From sequence record PQ850617.1: a DNA stretch of 64,000 nucleotides, one strand, 5' to 3'. How positions within the stretch are numbered: position 1 is the first letter of the stretch; every line of letters starts with the position of its first letter. This document shows, one piece after another, positions 21,083-32,566 of the stretch. The DNA comes from Escherichia phage ManiMatter_Bas94. The position numbers and the translations under genes are program-made. The notes under the pieces were generated by a model, which worked only from the letters and a program-made list of their open reading frames with translations, was not told where the DNA came from and did no database searches.

Positions 21083-22051
21083 ATGGCTTTATTTGGAGGA
21101 GGGAATAGTAAAACTACTTCCCAAATGATTCGCCCTGAATACATTCAACAGTATATTGACCAGCTTAGCCAACAGATTGGTAATACTAGTTCAGGGGATT
21201 ATGTTTATCGTGACAACGTAGGGTTTAATAATAACCAGATAGAAGCTCTTAACAACTTAGCACAATCTGGTGCTCTAGGGACTCTCTCGCAGCAATATAT
21301 GGATGCAGCAGGTCAAGGGTTAGGTTATCTAGATAATGCCTATAAAGGTTATCAGAGCCTTTCTGGACAGGGTGGGATTACTGGGGAGCAGATTGGTGCT
21401 CTTGCTGGTCAACTATATGATAACGATGCTGTGCAAGCAGCTATTACAGCTAATAATGAACAAGTTCAACAAAACCTAGCACGTAATGCTCTTCCTCAGC
21501 TAGCTCAACAGTATGCTGGTCAGCAGGGTTCAGGTGCTCGTATGGCTAAATCTTTTGCTCAAGGCGATGCTCTGAATCAGATGCAAGGACAAGCAACAGA
21601 TATTACCAACAGTGCCTATAATTCGGCTATCAGTCAAGCTGAAAGCATTCTCTCTGGTAATAGACAGAATCAGGCAGCTGCTCTCTCAGGTCTTTCCAAT
21701 ATTGGTTCTAACCTTTCTAACTTAGGTCAGCAAGGTGCTAATTTGTCTCAACAGCAAATGTTGAATCAATGGAATGCAGGGTTGCAGCAACAACAGCAAC
21801 AACAGAATGAATATGATAATGCCTACCAGAATGCCCAGAATGCAGCTAACTGGGGATGGCAGGATATCAATAACCAACTCGGTGCAGCAGGTGTACTTAA
21901 CGGTGCTCTTGGACAAACTACAACTACCAAAACATCTGGTGGTGGCGGTGGCTTCTTAGGTGGAGCTATGAGTGGTGCAGCGGCAGGTTCTTCCTTTGGA
22001 CCTTGGGGTGCATTGGCAGGGGGCGTAATCGGTGGGTTGGCTAGTAATTAA
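21083..22051 (+). CDS. Gln/Asn/Gly-rich internal virion protein (paralogue of previous gene)
   Basis: 322 aa; similar N-terminus (MALFGGGNSKTTSQ vs MSLFGKSASSKTTVAPSSQ) and composition. Confidence 0.45.
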   Translation: MALFGGGNSKTTSQMIRPEYIQQYIDQLSQQIGNTSSGDYVYRDNVGFNNNQIEALNNLAQSGALGTLSQQYMDAAGQGLGYLDNAYKGYQSLSGQGGITGEQIGALAGQLYDNDAVQAAITANNEQVQQNLARNALPQLAQQYAGQQGSGARMAKSFAQGDALNQMQGQATDITNSAYNSAISQAESILSGNRQNQAAALSGLSNIGSNLSNLGQQGANLSQQQMLNQWNAGLQQQQQQQNEYDNAYQNAQNAANWGWQDINNQLGAAGVLNGALGQTTTTKTSGGGGGFLGGAMSGAAAGSSFGPWGALAGGVIGGLASN

Positions 22052-22064
22052 TTAGGAGACAAAT

Positions 22065-23720
22065 ATGCAACAGACAACTTACGCTCAGGTCAGAAGTCGT
22101 GACCCGAGAAATACTTTCTATGGTGTTAATCCGGGAGCGGCTTCGGCCTCTCCTTATATGGCTAGACCTATTCAGACAGCAGATGTTTCTATGTACCGAC
22201 GTCCTTCTGTACCTCCATCTCTCGCAGGTCTTATCTCTCAGGCAGAAGAAGATCAGAATGCTATGGTGAATCCGGGATTTCAGCAACGTCTTATGGAACA
22301 ACAGAATCGAGGAACCCCAACAAGTCTTCAGGGTATTGATATTGGAGCACCAGCCCCTGTAGCAGCTAATCCTGATTTATCCACTGATCAGGGTTTACAA
22401 GATGCTGGACTTATGCCTAGCGACCCTCTTCCGGTAACGCCTCCTACTAAACCGCTAGAAGATGGCCCTATGGAGTTTACTCCTTCTCAAGTGGAACAGG
22501 CACAAGGTGTTGTTACTACTCTTGCTCAAGGTCAGGACACTGGAGACGGAATGGCTGGGGCTACTCGTATTAAAGATCAGGAACGTGTTAATAATGATAT
22601 CATGCAAATTGCTAAAGCTAAAGACCCTTCCGAAGCTTGGAATAAACTACAGAAAGAACCTTTCTATCAGAATTCCAGTTTCTATACAGGTTTGATGGGT
22701 GTAGGTCTTTCTATCATGTCAGGTAAATCTCCTATCGAAGCATTCCAAATTGGTCAGGGAATGGCTAATCAAGATGAGACTAAGAAGCAACTAGAAGCTA
22801 ACCGTGATGCTCTGATTGAACAAGGTTTCTCTCAAGACTCAATTGCAGCTGCTATTGCTAACGGAGATCCATCTCTTCTGAAGATGAAAACTATAGACCC
22901 TGCTCAAAAAGAAGCATGGTATGAGGAGCGTGAAAGACGTCAGAATGCGGAGTGGGATAGACGTCAACAGATTCAAGAGAAATCTATGCGTGAGCGTGCT
23001 GAGGAAACTCGTCGTGCTGCTGAAGAGAGGACTAACATGAACCTTGAACGTCAGAAAAAGTTGATTGACTATCGTGATAAGGTTAAGGCTGAACGTGCCG
23101 AACAAGCTGCTCAGAGTTTTAACTTCTCCCCTAAAGAGACTCGTAACGCTCAGAATACAGCTGAAGGTAAAGTTGCCACTCAGTGGGCAGAGAAAGGTGG
23201 CCTGTTTAACCAATCCAATAAAGACTTGGACTTGGCTGATAAAGCTATTAAGGACAAGGATTACCAGACGGCCCGTTCTGCTTACATGCAGGCTATCATG
23301 AACTCCGCAAGGGCTGAAATCGGTTCTACTCGTTCTCTTACTGAAGAAGACTTGGGACATTTTGCAGAAGATCCATCAATCTTCATCCGTGTAGGTAACA
23401 AGTTCGCTCTGAAGTCGGGATGGCGTCCTACTGATTCTGCTCTTGCTTATGCTCGTAAACAAGCGAACGTCGGTTACACCTCTGCTATGAAGGGTGTTGC
23501 TGATGCTAAGAAAGCTGTTATCGAAGCGTACATCGGCTCTAAGATGGATAAGAAGAGAGCTACTGCATTGGTTAACCGTGCAATCCCTTCTGGCGGTTTC
23601 TATGATCCTCTCGGTGTTTTCTCTGAGGAAGCAGAAGAGTCAGTTGGTGGTGCAGCAACCAATCCTAAACTGAATGGTGCTTTATCTGGTTCTTCAGATA
23701 CTAGCTGGTTCACTGAGTAA
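22065..23720 (+). CDS. Internal virion protein (hypothetical)
   Basis: 551-aa ORF in the internal-protein operon. Confidence 0.4.
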   Translation: MQQTTYAQVRSRDPRNTFYGVNPGAASASPYMARPIQTADVSMYRRPSVPPSLAGLISQAEEDQNAMVNPGFQQRLMEQQNRGTPTSLQGIDIGAPAPVAANPDLSTDQGLQDAGLMPSDPLPVTPPTKPLEDGPMEFTPSQVEQAQGVVTTLAQGQDTGDGMAGATRIKDQERVNNDIMQIAKAKDPSEAWNKLQKEPFYQNSSFYTGLMGVGLSIMSGKSPIEAFQIGQGMANQDETKKQLEANRDALIEQGFSQDSIAAAIANGDPSLLKMKTIDPAQKEAWYEERERRQNAEWDRRQQIQEKSMRERAEETRRAAEERTNMNLERQKKLIDYRDKVKAERAEQAAQSFNFSPKETRNAQNTAEGKVATQWAEKGGLFNQSNKDLDLADKAIKDKDYQTARSAYMQAIMNSARAEIGSTRSLTEEDLGHFAEDPSIFIRVGNKFALKSGWRPTDSALAYARKQANVGYTSAMKGVADAKKAVIEAYIGSKMDKKRATALVNRAIPSGGFYDPLGVFSEEAEESVGGAATNPKLNGALSGSSDTSWFTE

Positions 23721-23740
23721 GACCTAAGTCCTGCCTTCCA

Positions 23741-23749
23741 TAATGTATA
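23741..23749 (+). promoter_or_regulatory. TAATGTATA promoter motif
   Basis: Exact motif 38 nt upstream of ATG 23787. Confidence 0.5.
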
Positions 23750-23786
23750 TAGGAGGTAGGACATTTTATTTATAAAAGGAGACGTT

Positions 23787-26700
23787 ATGGCTAACATTAA
23801 ACCGTGGGAAGAAGCTTCCAAAGCTCCTGCGTATCTGAATGCCTCTCCGGAGCAACAGGCTCAAATGAGAGAACAATATAAGGCAGCAGGTGGCTTTATT
23901 CCTGAGGAACAACCAGTAGCACAACCACAACAAGAAGAACGTGGTGTTATAGGTGAGGTTGCTCAAGGTGTGTCAAATGCTCTTCAATCTGGTGGTGCAA
24001 ACATTGCAGCTAGTGCTGCTAAAGGTATTGGTGGTTTAGTTGAGATTGGTGAAGATCTAATTGGAGCACAAACTAGTTATGGTAAGCGTATCCAAGAGAA
24101 CTCTCAGAACCTTCTGAAAGAACGTATGGATAAGATTGAGGATGGGATTGGTAAAACTGCTGGTCAGTATGCTGGCGTTGTTGGTGATATTGGTTTGACA
24201 GTTACTAACCCGTTAGCTGCCGCTGCTATCATCGCAGGTCGTGAGACAGGTCGTGCATATGCAGACCAAACCCCTAAAGAGGGAGAAGACAAGTCTGTTC
24301 TGGATGCAGCCTTAGTTGGTGGTGCTAACTATGCAGCTCAGAGAATTCTTCCGGGTGCTGTTGGTACAGCTGAATCTACACTTGGTCGTATCGGTCAGAA
24401 CGTTGTTACTAACGCAGTGGCTGGTGCTAAAGGCGGTGCTCTTGTAGGTGCTGCTGAAGCTCAGAACAAATATGGTGATGACACAACCTTTGCTAATGTC
24501 TTAGAAGGCGCTATTGAAGAAGGTGCTATTGGTGCTGCATTCGGTGGTGCAGTTGGTGGTGTTCATGGCTTAATTAGCCGTCCAGATTCTGCTGTCTTCA
24601 AGAATACTCCAGAATATGCAAAGACTGACATTGCTGCTGACGATGAGCTGATTCGTAGTGCTAAGACTGTTGATGAACTGAAAGAAGCCTACTCTAAAGC
24701 TGAAACTGCTAACGCCGCTTCCGCTCTTAATCTTCTGGATGAGAATGGATTCCGTATTACTGATGCTGTTGCTTTAGATTCTCCTGCTGCTCAGCGTATT
24801 CTTAATACAGACCAAGCCAGTGCTGAGAAAGCTGCTTCTGCTCAGAAAGAGCATTCTAACATTCCGGGCCTCAATCCTTTGGCTCCTCCTGCTAAGACTC
24901 GTGGTAAAGCATTCGCTGATAACGAGCACAACCAGAAGAAAGCTGTCGCTATGAAAGATGCAATGGCTGACTACACCAAGGATAACACGAAAGTTCTTAC
25001 AGATGTTCTAGATAACCTAGACCGTGAATTAACTGCTTACCGAGCTGCTGATGATTTTACTGGCAATCCACTTGATGTCAAGAATCGCACACAAGCTGAC
25101 CGTGACTTCGTTGATGCTTATAAGACTTTCTATAATGAAGCAAATCGATTCAAAGCTCGTGATGGTGAAGACTTTAACAACTTTGTAGAGAAAGCTACTG
25201 AGCTACGGAAGATGGCTGATAACGTTTCTCCAGAGATGAAGAAAGCTATTAGTGGGTTGAAGAAACTGAAAGGTATGCCTGAAGGTTTTAACCCTATTCA
25301 AGATGCTTATACTCTGAACAATGCAGCTAAGTTCATGAGCAACCAAGACCGTGGTTGGACTTCCCTGACCGATGATGGATTCCGTGAGGCTTCTTCTCCT
25401 AGTCTGGTTATGAACACACTCGGTGCTGCTAAGTATGCTCTGAATCGCTTCTCTTCTCAGCGTGCTCGCTCTCAACGTGTTAAGCAACAAGAAGCTAACA
25501 GCGAAGCTATCCGCTCTCTGGCTCGTGGTGATTTGGAAGTTGCTCGTGCTAAATCTACTGCTGATGAAGCTCGTGCTAAAATGGAAGAAGAACCAGTTGT
25601 TGATGACATTAAATTTAAGACGCAAAATGACGTGGAAACCGAACCGGTTCGGGAGCCTTCTTCTAGTACTGTGACGGAAGAAAATCTTCCTTCTTCCACT
25701 CCTCAAGAAGCCCCTCTTACAGCTCGCGATTTAGTTGCTCAAAGACGTGCAGTTAAACAGGCAGAACAGCGTCGCGCTCAAGAAGAGGCCGCACAGGCTC
25801 CAGAACCCACTGTAGAGGAACCAACGGTTAAAGCTGAGCCATTACCTGCCCGTGCTCCTAAAGCTCCTAAGGAGTCTATACAGGACGTTAAACCGGCAAG
25901 TGGTGTAGAACGTTTAGCTGCCATGTCTAGTGCTGCTCGTCAGGCTACTATAGATCGTGCAGAACGTTTTGCTCGTTCTCTGTACTCTCAGACTGCTAAG
26001 GCTAAGGCCACTGCTGAAAACTTCTTGGCTTACAAGGGAAGTTATAGGGAGTTGATGCGTCGGATTCGTCAGGAAGATAATGCTATCAACACTGAGCGTC
26101 ATGAAGAGATGGCTCGTAATCAGCTAGCTTCTCAGCAAGGTATTGCTACTGCTAAGAACAACACTGTACGAACTAACTTTGCTGAATGGGTTAAGGAACG
26201 TGGTCTGCCAGAAGACATTGCTACTAAGGCATTACGTGCTGAAGAGAAGGGTTTAGGTGGGAACGTGACTAACTTAGATAGTCTGAAACGTCGTGCTGAA
26301 AGGTTGTATCAGAAGCAGCGTGAGGACGAGTTTGATAGACTGTATCAACAGGCTCTGGAAGAGAATAAAGCTTTTGATAAGAAGAATGCTCCTAAACTGG
26401 CTGACCAGAAGAAAGAACTTCAATCTGAGATTGATACTTTGATTGATTCAGAACCTTTACGTCCTGCTCAGAAAGATGCTATGCGTAAACTGATGAATGA
26501 CTTTGTAGATGAGAAGTTTAAATCTTCAGAGAAGGCTGGTAGGGAAGAAGCTTTGGAAGTAGGTCAGATGAAGGATATTTGGGATGGGTTTATTAACACC
26601 TATAACAGAGAAGTGAATGCCTTCAACAAAGCTAACAAGAACTCTCAGTACGAAGCTTTTGCTAAACACATACAGGCTCGTGAAGAACGTCTTGCTACTC

Positions 26701-28094
26701 TGAAAAATAAAGCTCAGGCTCGTGCTCAAGCGAAAGCTACAGCAGAAGCTGAACGTCAGTTACTCGAAGCTATTGCAGCTCAGAAGAGTGAGATTGAGAA
26801 GATGTTTGATGAGTTACCTAAACCTGTCCGCGAGGCTCAGGAAAGCCGTACTCTGAAACAGCTTGCAGCTCACCATGATAAGAACTCCCCTGTTCCTCCA
26901 GAACGTTTCCGTAGTATTATCGAACGTATCCACAACGCCGAGTCAGATTACCTTGATCGTCAGCGTCGTTTAACTGATGCAGAAGAAGATGCTCGTCAGG
27001 CTAAGTGGAACAAAATGTATGAGCAAGCGGAAGAGATGGACCGTAAGTTTGAGATAGACAAAAGGGTTAAGCGCAGTGAAGAGCTTAAAGCGGCTCAGAA
27101 GCGTGAGAATGACCTTATGGCGGTACAACGTCAACGTGACGACATCCATCGTCGCCTGATGCATACTTTGGAGGATAGGGGCATATCTAAAGAGGATGCT
27201 GAAGCATTTGCTGGTTCCTACATGGATAACCGTTATGCACTTCTTGATAAGCCTATGACTCCTACTGAACATCAGAATGCTCGTTCTCGTATTGAGGCTG
27301 ATGTTGAGAAGTTTGCTAAGAAGTACGAATCAATGACTCCTATTGAGAAAGAGATTGTTAAGGTTACTGGAGATACTGAAGGTAAGCTTGATAACTTGGA
27401 TTCGGATACTAGGAAGGCTATTGAAGAGGCTCGGAAGGTAGACTCTGATATTAAGAAACTGCAAGAGGAAGAGATGGAGATGGAGAAGATTCGTTCTGCT
27501 CTGCCTGATGATGAAAGATCTCAAGCAAATTCTGATATCTTGGAAAGCATTAAACAGCAGGAAGAAGCCTTTGCTGATAAAGCAGAGAAAGCTTTCTTGA
27601 ATGGGAAGAGCTTGGATGAGTTGGCTAGTGTGGCTGAAGTTTTAGACAGGGTTCATGGTGCAGACAAGGCTGGTAACAACCGTCGCTTTGTACGTGCATT
27701 GCAGACTGCTGCTGAAAACAAGAAGAAGTATGGTGATAATCCGGTAGCTTGGTTTAGTGCTGATGATTATTCTGCTATTGCTAAACTTGGTGCTTCTTCC
27801 GCAGGTGGTAACAAATCTAGAGCACTGGAGAAAATCTTTGGTTCTACAGCTGAACAAGCTAAGAGTAAGTTGCTTGGCAGGGATGATGTAGCGAAGATGA
27901 GACGTGTAATTGAAGAGAACCCTGATATTAAGATTCCTTCTTACAAGACAACGAATCGTACTGAGTACTTGCAGTTCTTGGAGAAGTTTAATGACGAAGG
28001 GAAGCCGAAGATTAAACGTGGCTCATTGTCAGAGAAGCTTGAACGCAGTAAGCGTCAATCGAGACTCCGTGTAAGAGTTCGATCTAAGGAGTGA
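23787..28094 (+). CDS. Large internal virion / DNA-ejection protein (putative)
   Basis: 1435 aa; N-terminal Gly/Ala-rich glycine-zipper segments followed by long charged coiled-coil region. Confidence 0.5.
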   Translation: MANIKPWEEASKAPAYLNASPEQQAQMREQYKAAGGFIPEEQPVAQPQQEERGVIGEVAQGVSNALQSGGANIAASAAKGIGGLVEIGEDLIGAQTSYGKRIQENSQNLLKERMDKIEDGIGKTAGQYAGVVGDIGLTVTNPLAAAAIIAGRETGRAYADQTPKEGEDKSVLDAALVGGANYAAQRILPGAVGTAESTLGRIGQNVVTNAVAGAKGGALVGAAEAQNKYGDDTTFANVLEGAIEEGAIGAAFGGAVGGVHGLISRPDSAVFKNTPEYAKTDIAADDELIRSAKTVDELKEAYSKAETANAASALNLLDENGFRITDAVALDSPAAQRILNTDQASAEKAASAQKEHSNIPGLNPLAPPAKTRGKAFADNEHNQKKAVAMKDAMADYTKDNTKVLTDVLDNLDRELTAYRAADDFTGNPLDVKNRTQADRDFVDAYKTFYNEANRFKARDGEDFNNFVEKATELRKMADNVSPEMKKAISGLKKLKGMPEGFNPIQDAYTLNNAAKFMSNQDRGWTSLTDDGFREASSPSLVMNTLGAAKYALNRFSSQRARSQRVKQQEANSEAIRSLARGDLEVARAKSTADEARAKMEEEPVVDDIKFKTQNDVETEPVREPSSSTVTEENLPSSTPQEAPLTARDLVAQRRAVKQAEQRRAQEEAAQAPEPTVEEPTVKAEPLPARAPKAPKESIQDVKPASGVERLAAMSSAARQATIDRAERFARSLYSQTAKAKATAENFLAYKGSYRELMRRIRQEDNAINTERHEEMARNQLASQQGIATAKNNTVRTNFAEWVKERGLPEDIATKALRAEEKGLGGNVTNLDSLKRRAERLYQKQREDEFDRLYQQALEENKAFDKKNAPKLADQKKELQSEIDTLIDSEPLRPAQKDAMRKLMNDFVDEKFKSSEKAGREEALEVGQMKDIWDGFINTYNREVNAFNKANKNSQYEAFAKHIQAREERLATLKNKAQARAQAKATAEAERQLLEAIAAQKSEIEKMFDELPKPVREAQESRTLKQLAAHHDKNSPVPPERFRSIIERIHNAESDYLDRQRRLTDAEEDARQAKWNKMYEQAEEMDRKFEIDKRVKRSEELKAAQKRENDLMAVQRQRDDIHRRLMHTLEDRGISKEDAEAFAGSYMDNRYALLDKPMTPTEHQNARSRIEADVEKFAKKYESMTPIEKEIVKVTGDTEGKLDNLDSDTRKAIEEARKVDSDIKKLQEEEMEMEKIRSALPDDERSQANSDILESIKQQEEAFADKAEKAFLNGKSLDELASVAEVLDRVHGADKAGNNRRFVRALQTAAENKKKYGDNPVAWFSADDYSAIAKLGASSAGGNKSRALEKIFGSTAEQAKSKLLGRDDVAKMRRVIEENPDIKIPSYKTTNRTEYLQFLEKFNDEGKPKIKRGSLSEKLERSKRQSRLRVRVRSKE

Positions 28095-28105
28095 TAAAAG
28101 AAAAG

Positions 28106-28145
28106 CCCTCAAGGAGAAAACCTCTTTGAGGGCTTTATTTGTTTT
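28106..28145. terminator. Terminator at convergence of late (+) and early/middle (-) blocks
   Basis: 12-bp stem GCCCTCAAGGAG/CTCTTTGAGGGC followed by TTTATTTGTTTTT on + strand; A-run on the other side. Confidence 0.7.
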
Positions 28146-28314
28146 TAGAGGTTATTGATGAAATTAATCAGACGTTCTTCACTATCATCAAAAGCTTTTC
28201 CAGCTGCTTCCATGTCCCAAGTATTGGCATTGTCAATAAAGCTCTGAGCTTCTAATAGATCGTGGATTAAGTCGAAGAGTTTATTTTTATCTGATTGTGT
28301 GATCATGTAAGTTC

Positions 28315-28542
28315 CTAGATTAAATCGTAATATTGAATAATGTCAGAGAGTTTGAACTCTCGAATCTCGTCTTTCTCTACATCTATCGCTGTCATAATCC
28401 AACAAGGTTTGCCACAGTTATGAAAACGGGAGCTAGCAACGGAGGTTCGGAGTGGAATAACGGACCGGTCAGCAACCTCGCCTCTCCAATTGCGATAGCG
28501 AAAGCGAAGCACTTGTTGCGTAGATTTTTGATCATCACTCAT
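28315..28542 (-). CDS. Hypothetical protein
   Basis: 75 aa from ATG 28542 (AAAGGAA RBS), immediately after HNH stop; track ORF 28315..28683 trimmed. Confidence 0.35.
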   Translation of the reverse strand: MSDDQKSTQQVLRFRYRNWRGEVADRSVIPLRTSVASSRFHNCGKPCWIMTAIDVEKDEIREFKLSDIIQYYDLI

Positions 28543-28936
28543 TTCCTTTTTTGAATTGTTTTCTTGCATCATTCTCTTCTTTTGTTTTAATCTTATGACA
28601 AGGATCTTTACACAGAACCTGAAAACCTTCTTTCTCACACAGAGCACGAGAGATGATTTCATCCCAAGTAGCTTCATGGTCAAGAGGTACTATAGGCTCT
28701 ATGTGGTCAATAGCCATATCTTTTACAGGGTGGTCAGAACCACACATGGCACACTTAAAGTGCATTGCCAGTCTACCTGTCTTTGGATTAATCTTCTGTT
28801 CTGTCTTGGCTTCTGCTAGTGCATCGAACATGGGCTTCCACTTTCTAGTCAGAGAACGAATCCCTGACTTGATGAAAGAGTTGTAACGAGCTTCAGTCCA
28901 AGTTCCACTACATCGTGTCTTCTCAGACTTCGCCAT
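28535..28936 (-). CDS. HNH endonuclease
   Basis: 133 aa; CAMCG...AIDHIEPIV...CKDPCHKIK matches HNH Cys/His motif. Confidence 0.7.
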   Translation of the reverse strand: MAKSEKTRCSGTWTEARYNSFIKSGIRSLTRKWKPMFDALAEAKTEQKINPKTGRLAMHFKCAMCGSDHPVKDMAIDHIEPIVPLDHEATWDEIISRALCEKEGFQVLCKDPCHKIKTKEENDARKQFKKGNE

Positions 28937-29102
28937 AATCAGCTTCTTCCCAAACTCGTTTGTTTACACGATGACTCACTTTGCCCTCACGAGGAATACG
29001 ACCTGTCCGCTGATCAAACAGTTGATGTTTAATCTTTTGATCTTTACGAGATTCACGATTGGAAGAGTTTTCATCATATGAACGATAATCAAATTTACCC
29101 AT
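28923..29102 (-). CDS. Small basic protein (hypothetical)
   Basis: 59 aa from ATG 29102 with AAGGA RBS; track ORF trimmed. Confidence 0.3.
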   Translation of the reverse strand: MGKFDYRSYDENSSNRESRKDQKIKHQLFDQRTGRIPREGKVSHRVNKRVWEEADYGEV

Positions 29103-29115
29103 TATAATATCCTTA

Positions 29116-29934
29116 TCACCAAATTTTTTCGAGCCACGACCAATCAAATAGGTCTTCCGGAGCCTGACCAACAAAGAGCAGCCGAGCATTCTCAAGCATT
29201 TTCTCTTCATCTTCAGTATCGAACTTCTTATAATATTCCATTCGTACTATATGATACATGGTCCACTTATCTGTAACCCCAGCCAACAACTTAGCTGCTG
29301 CTTTCTTCCCTATTCCTTGACGTCGAAGCTGGAGCTTACCGCCCCACATCACTTCTTTACGTTCACCACATCCGGGAATATTATCTGTTCCATCTCCAAT
29401 CAGCATCTGATAGAAGAAATTTTGCCATGAAACTAAATCAGATACGTAGTGAGGAGGAACCTCTTTTTGTCTTTCTCCACAAGCCCAACGGTAATGCCAT
29501 CCGGGAGTTATTAACAAATCTTTGTCTCTAGTACAGATGATAGTGTTCTTATCTCTACGTTGCCTTTCAGCTAGTGCATCATCAGCCTCTCTCCCAAATA
29601 CATCTATGTATTCATACTTACCTTTAATATAATCACCGACATTTTGCCAGTGAAAAGGTCTTTCTCCGGGAGGTCTGTTTGCTTTGTAGTCTTGCTGCTT
29701 AGCAACATCGAAACGGAAGTTACCGCCTTCGCTGAAGTAGAACACAACCTTGCTGCAACCTGAGCGAGCAATGATAGTATCTATCTTGTACTGAAGTCGT
29801 TCAATCATGAAATTATAATCAACTGGAACACGTCCTGTGTCAAGAAAGGGATGCTCCTGAGTAAGAGCACCCACTTCATATCGAAGAACGTCAGCATCCA
29901 CTATAGCTACTTCAGGGAGCTTAACGTCTTCCAT
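29116..29934 (-). CDS. 5'-3' exonuclease / flap endonuclease (T7 gp6-like)
   Basis: 272 aa; ...DYKANRPPGE... resembles T7 gene 6 PNYKANR region; PIN-like acidic motifs. Confidence 0.7.
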   Translation of the reverse strand: MEDVKLPEVAIVDADVLRYEVGALTQEHPFLDTGRVPVDYNFMIERLQYKIDTIIARSGCSKVVFYFSEGGNFRFDVAKQQDYKANRPPGERPFHWQNVGDYIKGKYEYIDVFGREADDALAERQRRDKNTIICTRDKDLLITPGWHYRWACGERQKEVPPHYVSDLVSWQNFFYQMLIGDGTDNIPGCGERKEVMWGGKLQLRRQGIGKKAAAKLLAGVTDKWTMYHIVRMEYYKKFDTEDEEKMLENARLLFVGQAPEDLFDWSWLEKIW

Positions 29935-29935
29935 A

Positions 29936-31106
<1,171 letters not shown>

Positions 31107-31353
31107 AATGCATCTCTTTATAAATAGTTTCCGTGTTCTTCTTCCAGTTAGATAAACCGGTAAGAACTCTCTGAGCAACTTCATCAGCTGCCTTGCTTCT
31201 TTCAATCTCTAACTCTTGTTGATGCTTTTCTTTATCCAGATTGTTACTATCTGTTCTGTACTCATTAAACTTCATTCCGCCAAAGAACACCAGAGCAGAG
31301 AAGATAACAAATCCTAGATTATCACTTAAAGTGCTTTGCATATTGACCCCAAC

Positions 31354-31378
31354 GAAAAAAGCCACCCGAAGGTGGCTA
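31354..31378 (-). terminator. Rho-independent terminator after SSB gene
   Basis: On - strand AGCCACC-TTCG-GGTGGCT followed by TTTTTTCG. Confidence 0.75.
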
Positions 31379-31398
31379 AGCTATAACAAGGAGAGTTA

Positions 31399-32145
31399 TT
31401 AGAATGGGCTGTCGTTGTCGTCTTCGTAGGTAGAAGCAGGCTCTTTATCAATCGTAGGGATTGAAGGAGTAGCTTCTTTCTGTTCTGTTTCAGAAGCACG
31501 AGTAATTTCACGACCAGCCAGAGGTATGTTCTTAGCGTCATTAGCTTGAGTAAGCAGGTTGCGCTGGAACGGGAACATCAGTTGATAAGATGCTACGTTC
31601 TCATCGGTTTCAGCATACGGTTCGAAGAATACCAGAGGACTACGAGCTTCACCAACTGCTGCACGATATTTGGTTGGGATTGGAGAAATGGTTTTGATGG
31701 AGTTTTTAACTTCACCAGCTTTGTTAGTGTAGGAGTTAACCAGAATGTTAACAGGCTGACCTAACAGCACATCCTTAAACCAAGACAGATCACCTTTCAG
31801 TGCTTGAATGCTTGGGTCAATCATCTTGCAAAGATCAAGGATACCAGAGTTCTTAGCTCGTGGGTTTACATCATAACTCTTGAACTGGCAAGCAGGACGT
31901 GGTTCTAATGCCTTACCATCGGAATCTTTACCCGTAGCATCAACACCAATCAGCTCGAAAGCCAAATCCATACGGAAAGCTGGATTCTTAGGAGTTACTG
32001 CTTTGGTCTTCGGGTCAATCCAAGGGTCACGATTGTGAACACCCAAACCTACTACACGAACAATACGTGCTTCGTATTCACCATCAGGGATTACATCGTA
32101 GTTGGATTTACGAGAAGAAGTTGCGATAGTTGGAATCATAGACAT
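31399..32145 (-). CDS. Single-stranded DNA-binding protein (T7 gp2.5-like)
   Basis: 248 aa; acidic C-terminal tail ending ...YEDDNDSPF (terminal Phe as in gp2.5). Confidence 0.6.
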   Translation of the reverse strand: MSMIPTIATSSRKSNYDVIPDGEYEARIVRVVGLGVHNRDPWIDPKTKAVTPKNPAFRMDLAFELIGVDATGKDSDGKALEPRPACQFKSYDVNPRAKNSGILDLCKMIDPSIQALKGDLSWFKDVLLGQPVNILVNSYTNKAGEVKNSIKTISPIPTKYRAAVGEARSPLVFFEPYAETDENVASYQLMFPFQRNLLTQANDAKNIPLAGREITRASETEQKEATPSIPTIDKEPASTYEDDNDSPF

Positions 32146-32204
32146 ATTTTAATTTCCTTATTTAATTTGAAAGATTGTTGCTCTCTTTGAGCGGTTATGT
32201 ATAA

Positions 32205-32213
32205 TATACATTA
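32205..32213 (-). promoter_or_regulatory. TAATGTATA promoter motif upstream of SSB gene
   Basis: rc of tatacatta; CGTAATGTATATT closely matches the 6855 copy. Confidence 0.5.
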
Positions 32214-32276
32214 CGCTTATACCGATAAGAGTACTATATAATATAAGTGTCTTTGGTAGTAGATATAACACACTAG

Positions 32277-32285
32277 TAATGTATA
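32277..32285 (+). promoter_or_regulatory. Orphan + strand TAATGTATA motif in 420-bp intergenic region
   Basis: Exact motif on + strand with no + strand ORF downstream. Confidence 0.35.
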
Positions 32286-32384
32286 TATTGTATAGCTGAT
32301 AAAGTTATTGCAGGCTTGTATATTGGGCAATTCATAGAATCCCTTGCAAGTACCGAAGGGCAGGAGCCACCTGCGAGATAAAAA

Positions 32385-32445
32385 TAGAGAATTAAGGAAT
32401 CCTTGATTTAGGTTGTAGGGACTCCTAGGGACTTTGATTCTCTAT
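32385..32445. repeat. Inverted repeat ATAGAGAAT/ATTCTCTAT flanking direct repeats TAGGGACT
   Basis: 9-bp perfect inverted repeat separated by about 44 bp containing TAGGGACTCCTAGGGACTTT. Confidence 0.45.
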
Positions 32446-32566
32446 TTAAAAGAATAAATAATTACTATATCTAATACTAAACAGACTGAAACAAAGATAA
32501 GAAACTTCTTATAAATACTCATTACTTATCATCTAAATAGTTAACTAATCTCTGATATAAAGAAGT

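Noticed and set aside
25203-25706. ORFs antisense to or overlapping the 1435-aa gene (25203-25706, 25462-25674, 26970-27272 and others)
   Set aside because: Embedded in a long continuous ORF with consistent codon usage; no independent signals.
23787-28094. 1435-aa protein as a tape measure protein
   Set aside because: No tail tube, sheath or chaperone genes nearby; it follows the SLT protein and Gly-zipper proteins, which favours an internal virion/ejection protein.
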